A stretch of DNA of 64,000 bases, taken from contig JAOLBK010000002.1 in NCBI GenBank assembly GCA_028339155.1, forward strand, positions 115,366 to 179,365, written 5' to 3'. Numbering within the stretch: position 1 is the stretch's first letter; each line of letters opens with the position of its first letter. The position numbers and the translations under genes are program-made. Under the pieces are notes generated by a model. It was given only the letters and a program-made list of their open reading frames with translations, did no database searches and had not been told where the DNA came from. Shown here piece by piece: positions 18,350 through 27,382 of the stretch. This stretch comes from Litorivicinus sp. GTDB lineage: Bacteria; Pseudomonadota; Gammaproteobacteria; Pseudomonadales; Litorivicinaceae.

Positions 18350-18543
18350 GGATTGTGAGGCAAATATTTGCCGATAGAGGCACCTAACCAGCACAATTAA
18401 AAGTGTCGAGCTGACTGAGTTGGGTCCAAACAATGGGTTAATCCGGAATAATTCAATTTAGGGTATGAAATTTGCTGTCCAGTAGTACATTGATAAAAAT
18501 CGGTTTGAGTTTTCGAGTATGAATCTCTTAAATATCCAGGCTG

Positions 18544-18570
18544 TAAAGCTTTGACGGCTTTAACCGATAT
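18544..18570 (+). promoter_or_regulatory. sigma-28-like promoter of the inverse-autotransporter operon
   Basis: TAAA-N15-ACCGATAT ending 23 nt before ATG 18594. Confidence 0.7.
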
Positions 18571-18593
18571 AAATGTCGGATCTGGGAGGGGCA

Positions 18594-20615
18594 ATGAAAC
18601 GAATGAAGGCGAATTACGTTATCTATTTAGTAATAGTCGTGATTGCATCCTTTTTTCCGAGATTTGCAATGACCGCGGCTCATGGCGCCGGCGATTTGGT
18701 AACTGCGAACGATGGGAGTGATGCTTCATTAGATTCAACCCAACTTTCGGCTGACTTTTTTAATTCATTTAAGCGGGTTGGTGACCTCAAGAACCCAGCG
18801 ATCCGCAATTATTTTTCTCGATTTCCACAACAAATTCAGGCTTTTCGCGGGTATACCAATAGTTTGGTCAATGCGGCGCTGGTCTCTGAATCTGAAGCCG
18901 ATCGGATGATTGAGGTCGCCGCTGCTAGTGGCTTGACGCAATCATCGGCTAACGAGCGATCCCTGCTTAAAAGACCAGCTAATACACCTGCCACTGCCGC
19001 GGCAAATGATCAAAACCAGGGCACTGCGAACGGGGATCTGTCATACGGGGAACGTATCGAGCTCGCCAATCTTAGGAAAAAAGAACGTGAGCAAACTAAA
19101 TATTTTTTCGATGTGGTGAAATCACTTGAGCCGAGGTCGTTAGAAGCGGAGAAAAATTGGCCTGCAACTTATCGGGAGACACGAGCGATCGCCATTCAGT
19201 TGGATGTTTTTTTGCCTCTCGAATTATTGCGGACACAAAAGAAGACGCTATCACCTGATTTTGGCAATAAATTTAGATCGGTTGACAGTTTTCAGTCGGA
19301 GGAGTTTCGATCCTTTTTTAAATCGCATCCTAATGAAATTTGGGCGGTTCGGGAGTATTTTCAGCAACTGGTTGACCTCGATTTGCTCTCACAGCGTGAT
19401 GCGATTGAATCGGTTGCACTGGCGTTCCAAGCAGCCAGTGAAGGCACCACCAATGATCAAGTTATTCAAGCAAAGACGCGCAATTCTCTAATGTTACGTC
19501 AATCCACTGAGATCGTCGGTCTACCCGATGGCGTACTTAGTGAAGTAGTCAGTGGATATTTGGGGAACGAGGGTAAGCCTGAGTTACTCGAGTTTGGTGT
19601 TGTTCCCGAGCTGCCTGGCGCAGATCGTGACAGTGCAGCTGCCGCGATTAAAACACTCGAAGCGCAAGAGCGACGACGGAAACTTGCAATCACCGCAACC
19701 AAAATCATGCGCGCGTTTGCAGCGAATAACGTGCCTCGATCTGAAGTTGGAAAGAAAATCGCACAGATCATGCAATCCGAAGTCGAGCAGAAGGTCACGA
19801 CTGAAGTCAATGAGGTTGTGAACGAAGCAGTTAATGAGGTCACGGATCGATTCTTTGATTCTGGTCGAGCAAGCGTTGATGCATTCACCAGCCGAGGGCC
19901 GTCTTATGAAGTCAGTGGCCTGAAGTCGTTTGAGTCATCAGACGCAGATCCTGTCTTTACGTTTGGCCAAATTGGCGCCCGCTACGGCGATTCAGAGGCC
20001 ACGCTAAATCTTGGTGTGGGTGTACGAGCGATTGACCCAACTCAGATGGTTATGGCCGGAGTGAACGTATTTTATGATCGCGAATTCCCTCGGGGCCATG
20101 AGCGGGCTAGCATTGGTGCAGAGATTATTAGTAGTCCTTTGCGGTTTAACGCAAATCGGTATTATGCCCTCAGCGGAGCCAAGGTCATTGATTCTAATAC
20201 GTCTGAAAAAGCACTCGGTGGTCGTGACGCGAAACTTAAGTTAGCGGTTCCTTATCTCCCGGGATTGTTTGCGAGTTATCGTGACTTTAAGTGGTACGGA
20301 AATGCTGATGACACCGATTTATTTGGATCAACAGTTGGCCTGAGTGGACACGTGTCAAACAACCTAAGCGTTCAGTTCGCCAGGACTGATTATGGGAGTG
20401 ACCACAAATCCTCGAACTCAGCCTCTTTGACGTATAACTATGTCCCGGGTTCACAGGACCGGCCAAGATTTTTCGAGTTGAGTGCGGTGCCTTGGCAGTT
20501 GACCCCGATTTCTCCGAGGGAGCGTTATCAGATGGTCGAACGAGAAGATGAGATTGTGAAAGAGGTGTCCGATACGTCGGCTGGTACTTTGATCGTGACA
20601 TTTACGAGTATTTAG
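18594..20615 (+). CDS. Inverse autotransporter (intimin/invasin-type) beta-barrel protein with long N-terminal region and almost no passenger
   Basis: Signal peptide; TLNLGVGVR, GVNVFYDREF, HERASIGAE, ANRYYALSG, VPYLPG, ERYQMVERE barrel motifs; RBS GGAGG before 18594. Confidence 0.8.
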   Translation: MKRMKANYVIYLVIVVIASFFPRFAMTAAHGAGDLVTANDGSDASLDSTQLSADFFNSFKRVGDLKNPAIRNYFSRFPQQIQAFRGYTNSLVNAALVSESEADRMIEVAAASGLTQSSANERSLLKRPANTPATAAANDQNQGTANGDLSYGERIELANLRKKEREQTKYFFDVVKSLEPRSLEAEKNWPATYRETRAIAIQLDVFLPLELLRTQKKTLSPDFGNKFRSVDSFQSEEFRSFFKSHPNEIWAVREYFQQLVDLDLLSQRDAIESVALAFQAASEGTTNDQVIQAKTRNSLMLRQSTEIVGLPDGVLSEVVSGYLGNEGKPELLEFGVVPELPGADRDSAAAAIKTLEAQERRRKLAITATKIMRAFAANNVPRSEVGKKIAQIMQSEVEQKVTTEVNEVVNEAVNEVTDRFFDSGRASVDAFTSRGPSYEVSGLKSFESSDADPVFTFGQIGARYGDSEATLNLGVGVRAIDPTQMVMAGVNVFYDREFPRGHERASIGAEIISSPLRFNANRYYALSGAKVIDSNTSEKALGGRDAKLKLAVPYLPGLFASYRDFKWYGNADDTDLFGSTVGLSGHVSNNLSVQFARTDYGSDHKSSNSASLTYNYVPGSQDRPRFFELSAVPWQLTPISPRERYQMVEREDEIVKEVSDTSAGTLIVTFTSI

Positions 20616-23600
20616 TGATGAGAGATTTGGTCATGAGCAGAGGCCTTTTGATAAACGTTCGCTTGCTTGTATTGTCAATACTGGTATTCGTCGCCTGCTT
20701 CTTGAGGACGCCCAGCGTGTGGGCGTATACGGCCGTTGACGATACAGTGAATGTAACGACGGGCGCAGTATCACAGCTGATTGATGTTGCTTCTAATGAT
20801 ATCGTTGGTGCTGGTTCTTTTAGTATAACCAATGTAGCGCAAGTGGGTCCGACGAATGGATCGAATTTGGTGATTGTGTCAAATCCAGCCGGCTATCCGG
20901 CAGGTGATTATTTTGAATATACGCCACCCACAACATTTGTGGGTACCGAAAATTTTACGTACACCATTACAAATGATGGAGATAGTACCTCGGCTGTCCC
21001 GACGCTGACACTGGTTGTCGGCGGGACCAATGGAGCGCCTACGTTAGATAGTTCGTCCGGGACGGTCATCGAAGATAACGTGACCACGGTGGCGACATTT
21101 TCGGACCCGGACGGTGATACGCTCAGTGCGTCCACACTCACACTCAGTGATGCACTAGCTGGTTCCGTTGCATTTAATGGAACCCAAATAATCTTTTCCC
21201 CAGCAGCTGATTTTTATGGAACTTTTTCTATTGATTACGCGATCTCTGATGGCAGTTTATCGATTTCTGATAACGATCTACCAGTGCAGGTTTTTCAGGT
21301 GAACGATGCCCCGGTGCCGAGGCAGGACAACGTAGGAAGCATTCTTCAAGGTGCGGTTACGACAGTTGATATCAATGATGAGGGATACGTTGATGATGTT
21401 GACTTGGACCTGAGTACGATAGTGACAGCATCCATTGATTCCGCAGTCAAAGGCTCGGTCTCTTTCAGTGGCGCTAATCTTACCTACACTCCAGAGCCCA
21501 CTTTCGCTGGTACGGCCGTAATTACTTTTACTGTCATAGATGATGGCGCTTCCTATAACAATGCAGCGGACTTGCTGAACGGCACCCAAGACGGAATCGT
21601 CACGGTGACTGTGGGAACGGGTAATTCGACGCCTACACTCGACAGTTCAGTCACGACAGTGGCTGAGGACACTGACACAATCGTGGCTACATTCTCGGAT
21701 GCGAACCTTGGCGACACACTGAGCCTGGTAACGGCCACAGTCAATAATGATGGGGGTGGTTCTGTGTCCTTTGATGGGAGCAACTTGTTCTACGCTCCGG
21801 GTGATGATTTTACTGGGTTTGTGTCCATTGATTATCAGATTATTGATGACGATTCAGTGGGCAGTGGTACTGCGCTCTCCATCACAGACACAGTCGAATT
21901 TACGGTAACTGCGGTGAATGACGCGCCCACACCTCGTCAGAACGTACTAGCCGATACTGACGAAGGCGAAGAGATTGCATTTGATATAAATGATGTGGGC
22001 TATTTTGATGATCCGGAAAATCACTCGGGCACCATTATTACTGCAAACATTGACTCGAGTGCGAAGGGAACTGTGTCGTTTTCTGGTTCGGATCTGGTCT
22101 ACACGCCAACGGCTAATTTTACCGGGACCGCGTACATTCGATTTACGTTAGTGGATGATGGCACGACCGACGGTGCCTCCGATCCTCAAAACGGAACGCA
22201 GCCCGGGATCATTAGGGTAACTGTCAATCCTGAAAATGATGCGCCGGAAGCAGGTTTAGTCGCACTGACCCTTGATGCAAACGACGATGGCGTGTATCCG
22301 GTATTGGATTTTTCGACTGATCCTGAAGGCGATACTTTAATTATTAACGATATAATTTCTGTCAAAGAAAATGGCGTTAATGTGACGATCGCAACGTCCT
22401 CGCACTCGGATACTGAGATTTTTTATACGCCAAGTACTAACTTTTCAGGGACTACCATCATCATTTATGAGATCGAAGATCAGAATGATCAGGCCGGTGG
22501 CGATGGATCGAATAAGTTAACTGATCGGGGTCAGATCACGGTAACCGTGAGCTCAGGCTTAGTGAATGACGCGCCTGTTGTCACGGCGGCCACCGCAACT
22601 ATATCAGAAGATTCAGAAACTCAAACCTACGATGTCATTTTGGACAATGTATTCGATGAGGAAGGTGACTCAGTTACGGTGACCGGGATCGTGTTTGTTT
22701 CTGAGGACGGCATTGATGTGACGAGCGCAACGACATCATTTAATACTGAGCAGGTACTCTACACGCCGTCTCCGAATTTTAATGGCACCACGACCATCAT
22801 TTATTCAGTCAGTGACAATGATGCGTCTGGAGATGGAACAAATACTCAATCAGCCAATGGGTCTATCATCGTCACGGTCATGCCTGTTTCAGATCCTCCG
22901 GAAATTGTTATTAATGCGACAACCGCCAGTGATTCGGTGACAACGGCTGAAGAAAATACGCCCTACAAAATCACCATCGTAACGAACTCTGTTGATGCGG
23001 ATGGAGATCAGTTGAGTTTTATTTTGGATGACATCAGCACGTCAGCAACAGTGACGCCAGATGATGATAATGGTGACGGCATTTGGGACGGTACAGTCAC
23101 GTATACGCCGGGCCAGGATTATTCGGGCCCCGAAGTATTTCGGTACACAGTGACTGACGGCGTGGATTCCGTTTCCGAGTCAATTACGCTTAATGTACTC
23201 AGTACTGGGAATGACGCGCCGGTACTTGCCGACGATACTCAAACGATTATGGAGGACGCCAGTGGAACGCAAATTGACGTTCTTGGAAATGATTATGATC
23301 CTGATATTGATGATGAATTAACCATTATTTCCGCTTTTGGTGCGGTAAATGGAACGCTGGACTGGAATCGTGATAGCGGCAAATCATTATATTATAAGCC
23401 AAATGCGAACTTTAATGGATCAGAAACAATTACCTATCGCGTCACTGATGGGATTGGGTATCGAGACGCAGTGCTCAAAATCTTCGTGCTACCAGTGGAT
23501 GATGCTCCGGTGCCCACTCAACTTGAGGACGCAAGTGATCGCATAGCGACGGTGATTGCTAATTCTGAGTTAATTACGATTACATTGTACGCAGATGGCT

Positions 23601-25159
23601 TGGATGCCAGAGACGGAGACCAGCTAACCTTGGCTGATGGGGCAATCACTGGCGACAGTGGTGGTGTCTTTGTTGTTGATGATGTGGATGGAGATGGAAA
23701 CTGGGACGGTACGGTGACTTATACTCCGGCCGAGGGCTTTGTGGGTATTGAAACGATCATCTATTCAGTAACAGATGCATCGAATAATTCGACGGTCGCG
23801 ACAACATCGGCTCTGGTAACGACAAATAACGCACCCGTGGTGGACTCTGATGGCTCGACCAATGTGACTGAGAACTCGATCGCGAATACGATCAATTTAC
23901 TGTCATACATTGTGGATCAAGAGGCTAACCTTGGCGTCGATACGTTGACCATCGAGAGCGTCACTGCCCAGGGAACAGGTTCTGCAGCAGTGACTGGGGA
24001 TCTTTCGATTTCTTACACGCCAGCTGCTGACTTTTATGGTTCGGAAGTACTCGAAATTACCGTCACTGATGGCGTGAGCACGGTGACGGGTTATCACACC
24101 ATGATTGTTATGATCGATGATCAAGACGCACCTGTCATTAGCACTGACTTTCCGCGGGTCTACACGGCCGGCCTGAACCAATCCACGACCATTAACGTGA
24201 TTGGTGCGTTGGATATTAATGGTCAGCTATATATTTCAGACGAATCTCCGAATCTGTATCTGAGCATTACTGAGCCGCCAAATTACGGTAGCGCGAGCAC
24301 TGATGGGACAAGTATTTTTTACACCCCAGACTCGCCAGTACTCACGAACCTAGATGATTCGATCACGTTTGAAATATTTGACGGAACAAACGCGGTGTCG
24401 ACAACAATTTTGATTGATTTAGTGCCTTCCAACGCAGGCGGCTGTTCTGCCAGTGCGGTATCGCTTGATGATCCGGCGCTAACCGATGGGTGTTCGATCA
24501 CCCCAACGGGGTATCGGTTGGAGGTTGCTTTGTTTGGTTTGTGTACGTCGGCTCCAACACGACCCACAACCAGCTCTGAGTATGATTTGTCCAATTGCTC
24601 ATATTTCTTTGACGGGACTGCTTCGGGAGAGTCATCAACAGTGAGCTTCGGCGGTATCAATGAGTCTACCGTGTTTGAGGGCGCCATTGCGGCACCCGAA
24701 TACAATACGTATACCCACGGTATTCTTGTTGTAAGTAATGATCTTCAGATGAAAGGGGGGCTCGAGTTGCAAGCAGGCAGCGTAACGCCGTTTTGTGTGA
24801 CTGGGCCTCAATACGACGGTAATATTCAGTGTTTTGCCAGTGAGACCGAAGCGCAGGCAACCTTCATTGATGATGATCCGATCAATTACTTATTTGAGCC
24901 GGGCATCCACCAGTTTCATTTTTCTGAAGCCGATGTGAGCGCTTATCTCGTAAAGAGTACTTCCGAAGGTTCTAGATATTTGGTAGCCGACGATACATCT
25001 GCGACTGCCATTGTTCTCATTGATAAGTTTGATTCGCCGAAAACGTTTACTGCTGATACCCGTGAGATCGAAATTCTTTTGGGACTGTCGCAATCGATGA
25101 TTTTGAAAGGTGGCTCTGCAAAAACTGCCCCGTTCAGCATTGACTTCAAAGTTCGGTGA
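20615..25159 (+). CDS. Large secreted acidic Ig/cadherin-like repeat protein (putative adhesin) with Cys-containing C-terminal domain
   Basis: Signal peptide (PSVWA); about a dozen (V)NDAP...YTP..NF.G repeats; DxDGDG loops; CSITPTGYRLEVALFGLC C-domain. Confidence 0.85.
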   Translation: MMRDLVMSRGLLINVRLLVLSILVFVACFLRTPSVWAYTAVDDTVNVTTGAVSQLIDVASNDIVGAGSFSITNVAQVGPTNGSNLVIVSNPAGYPAGDYFEYTPPTTFVGTENFTYTITNDGDSTSAVPTLTLVVGGTNGAPTLDSSSGTVIEDNVTTVATFSDPDGDTLSASTLTLSDALAGSVAFNGTQIIFSPAADFYGTFSIDYAISDGSLSISDNDLPVQVFQVNDAPVPRQDNVGSILQGAVTTVDINDEGYVDDVDLDLSTIVTASIDSAVKGSVSFSGANLTYTPEPTFAGTAVITFTVIDDGASYNNAADLLNGTQDGIVTVTVGTGNSTPTLDSSVTTVAEDTDTIVATFSDANLGDTLSLVTATVNNDGGGSVSFDGSNLFYAPGDDFTGFVSIDYQIIDDDSVGSGTALSITDTVEFTVTAVNDAPTPRQNVLADTDEGEEIAFDINDVGYFDDPENHSGTIITANIDSSAKGTVSFSGSDLVYTPTANFTGTAYIRFTLVDDGTTDGASDPQNGTQPGIIRVTVNPENDAPEAGLVALTLDANDDGVYPVLDFSTDPEGDTLIINDIISVKENGVNVTIATSSHSDTEIFYTPSTNFSGTTIIIYEIEDQNDQAGGDGSNKLTDRGQITVTVSSGLVNDAPVVTAATATISEDSETQTYDVILDNVFDEEGDSVTVTGIVFVSEDGIDVTSATTSFNTEQVLYTPSPNFNGTTTIIYSVSDNDASGDGTNTQSANGSIIVTVMPVSDPPEIVINATTASDSVTTAEENTPYKITIVTNSVDADGDQLSFILDDISTSATVTPDDDNGDGIWDGTVTYTPGQDYSGPEVFRYTVTDGVDSVSESITLNVLSTGNDAPVLADDTQTIMEDASGTQIDVLGNDYDPDIDDELTIISAFGAVNGTLDWNRDSGKSLYYKPNANFNGSETITYRVTDGIGYRDAVLKIFVLPVDDAPVPTQLEDASDRIATVIANSELITITLYADGLDARDGDQLTLADGAITGDSGGVFVVDDVDGDGNWDGTVTYTPAEGFVGIETIIYSVTDASNNSTVATTSALVTTNNAPVVDSDGSTNVTENSIANTINLLSYIVDQEANLGVDTLTIESVTAQGTGSAAVTGDLSISYTPAADFYGSEVLEITVTDGVSTVTGYHTMIVMIDDQDAPVISTDFPRVYTAGLNQSTTINVIGALDINGQLYISDESPNLYLSITEPPNYGSASTDGTSIFYTPDSPVLTNLDDSITFEIFDGTNAVSTTILIDLVPSNAGGCSASAVSLDDPALTDGCSITPTGYRLEVALFGLCTSAPTRPTTSSEYDLSNCSYFFDGTASGESSTVSFGGINESTVFEGAIAAPEYNTYTHGILVVSNDLQMKGGLELQAGSVTPFCVTGPQYDGNIQCFASETEAQATFIDDDPINYLFEPGIHQFHFSEADVSAYLVKSTSEGSRYLVADDTSATAIVLIDKFDSPKTFTADTREIEILLGLSQSMILKGGSAKTAPFSIDFKVR

Positions 25160-25311
25160 ATACCCAGCGTTAAATAAGATGCCTGGTCAGTAGGTGTTCG
25201 TTTTTACTGGGACCATTCCATTTCCAAGGTTTAAAAGATACGTGAGGATGGGCTACAGAAAATAGTCAGACTCACTGATCTGATAACAAGTATGTGAGTA
25301 TTGGTAGAAAG

Positions 25312-25348
25312 GTCTGCCCTCTCATTTGAACGTGTTGAGAGGGCAGAC
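25312..25348. terminator. Hairpin between convergent genes
   Basis: GTCTGCCCTCTCA-N11-TGAGAGGGCAGAC perfect 13-bp stem. Confidence 0.7.
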
Positions 25349-25364
25349 AGATTGGACTGTGCTC

Positions 25365-26576
25365 TTAGCTTTTCATGATGGTCTGGCTACGGTGCTTCGG
25401 ATTAATCATCTTGCAAAGCTCGAGCAGACCTGCCGCGCACTTTCCAGGATTATGCACGAGCGCGATTCTTATCATGCCAATGGCCGGATTGACGTTGCCA
25501 TGTTTTTTTGCCAGTAACTGTCCAGGCATGACCTTGACTCCGGTTCGCCCATAGGCCGTAATCGCAAAAGCAATGTCATCACCAGGGGCTCTGAGCCAAA
25601 GAAAAGGCCCATGCAATGGGTCGCTGACCGGAAGCGTTGAACTGCATCGCTTCGGCGCATCTTTGAATTTGCCCGCGTACTTTTTCCTGTTTTCCTCAAC
25701 GTGTCCCTCGTCAGAGTAAGCCAGGATGGCGGCACGCTGATTTGGAATCGGCAAATACAGCCCATGATAGTGACGATAAATATTTGCTTTTTTGATGAAC
25801 TCTTTGTCACCCCCGACCCATGCTGAACGCATGCCGACAAGATTTGACCGCATCGTGAGTCCATTCACGACGACGCATCGAGAGAATTCGGGATTGTCAT
25901 TAGAGTCCGCCATTTCAAGTAGGCCCGGAGATGGCTTGCCCCGATAGATCTCATTAAAGCGTTCGTCCGAAAGAATAAAAAAGCCATACTCTTGTGATTG
26001 CTTCAAGAGCCATTCCCACTGAAGTACGGGCAGTTCTCCGCCGTAAGGATCAGCGGGCGAGTTCACTACGACGACCTTAATTTTTTCCAATAATTCTTCC
26101 GGTATATCCCGATAGCTTGGTTGCTGAGAGGTCATTGTTGATACACGAAAAGGGGTCAGTCCTGCGATTGCACCCGCGGTCTCATAGATAGGATCTGCGG
26201 GGTTCGGCAATACAATTATTCCATCTTTGCTGCCCTCAGCAAGAATCTGAATGGTTAGGAAAATAGCTTCTTCTTCACCATTGGTCGCAACAACATTATT
26301 TTCGTTGAAAGACTTCGATTTAAGCGCGTAGCGTCGTCTCGCCCAATCGGATATGGTGCCACGGAGGCTTTTCATGCCGCCAAAGCCGCCCGCCATTTTC
26401 CCAATCGTGCTCGCATATTTCTTAAATTCTTCAATAACGAACGGCGGTGGATTGTGGGCTGGATCGGTGCCACTAAAATCAATAATATCTTTCTCAGGTT
26501 CAGAGACCCGAGACAGCATATGATTGAGACGAACCGATGGTGGTATATCCAACGAATTCCAGAACGATTTTTCCAT
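25365..26576 (-). CDS. Class I/II aminotransferase (DapC-like) homologue lacking the PLP lysine
   Basis: SDERFNEIY, GLTMRSNLVGMRS (family pattern SLSKRSNLPGLRS), YHG, SDEGHVEENRKKY, IRIALV. Confidence 0.8.
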   Translation of the reverse strand: MEKSFWNSLDIPPSVRLNHMLSRVSEPEKDIIDFSGTDPAHNPPPFVIEEFKKYASTIGKMAGGFGGMKSLRGTISDWARRRYALKSKSFNENNVVATNGEEEAIFLTIQILAEGSKDGIIVLPNPADPIYETAGAIAGLTPFRVSTMTSQQPSYRDIPEELLEKIKVVVVNSPADPYGGELPVLQWEWLLKQSQEYGFFILSDERFNEIYRGKPSPGLLEMADSNDNPEFSRCVVVNGLTMRSNLVGMRSAWVGGDKEFIKKANIYRHYHGLYLPIPNQRAAILAYSDEGHVEENRKKYAGKFKDAPKRCSSTLPVSDPLHGPFLWLRAPGDDIAFAITAYGRTGVKVMPGQLLAKKHGNVNPAIGMIRIALVHNPGKCAAGLLELCKMINPKHRSQTIMKS

Positions 26577-26605
26577 CAGTCACCTATTAAATTATCTTGC
26601 AATAT

Positions 26606-26632
26606 GTATCGGCCGAAGCAATCATTATTTTA
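26606..26632 (-). promoter_or_regulatory. sigma-28 promoter of the aminotransferase homologue
   Basis: TAAA-N15-GCCGATAC on minus strand, about 30 nt from start. Confidence 0.8.
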
Positions 26633-26817
26633 GGCTTATTGCGTTGTTTTCGTCTAATGACGGAGTCGAAATAAGTAAAATCAATTAAAGCTTTTTTTGT
26701 ATCTGTCGTTTACTTCGATACAATAATTTTTATTATCATCTGGATAATTATTCATATTACTTTAAATTTAGTAAATGTATTGTCGTCGATTTTCAACACA
26801 GCAGAGGTGCGATTAAA

Positions 26818-27174
26818 GTGGCTTTGTCCCACGCTGCGACATGGGTCATCGGTAGTGTCGCGAGTTCATCACTTGTTGTCGGCTCGATTTTTGTCGCCTC
26901 AATAATGGCTGATTCATCGCTCGGTAATGCGCGGGGCAGCACTTTTGCATCAATGCAAATTATTCCGAATATGTGGGTTTGCTTCAGTAATACGAGTGCG
27001 CGCGGTCATGAATACAACTATTCAAAAAATCTGCGTAATGGAGCGACCGGTCCTGCACGGCTCGGTTGTGGTGACGGTGCTCGGCCAGTCAAAATCAGTC
27101 CAATGGAAAAGCGATCAAGGAACGGGCCGCCGGGCCCCCGACCGCCAGTGACAAGGATCAATGGCGGAGATTAA
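26818..27174 (+). CDS. Hypothetical protein with N-terminal hydrophobic segment
   Basis: GAGGTG RBS-like sequence; GC-richer than flanks; no recognisable family. Confidence 0.4.
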   Translation: MALSHAATWVIGSVASSSLVVGSIFVASIMADSSLGNARGSTFASMQIIPNMWVCFSNTSARGHEYNYSKNLRNGATGPARLGCGDGARPVKISPMEKRSRNGPPGPRPPVTRINGGD

Positions 27175-27382
27175 TGTACCTGAATGGGATTTAGATCCGT
27201 TTTTTTGAAGCATTTTAAATAGGTATTTTTGAAGAGCTATTTTAGTACTGCTTCGTTTTCCATCGCTTTTGAATAATCTGTTTGAAATTAATTGACTAAA
27301 GGTTTTAAATAGTTCGGTTCGGATCGGTCGAACCCTGCCTTTGTAGGCTTAAATACAGAAGACTAATCAGTCGGAGATAACT

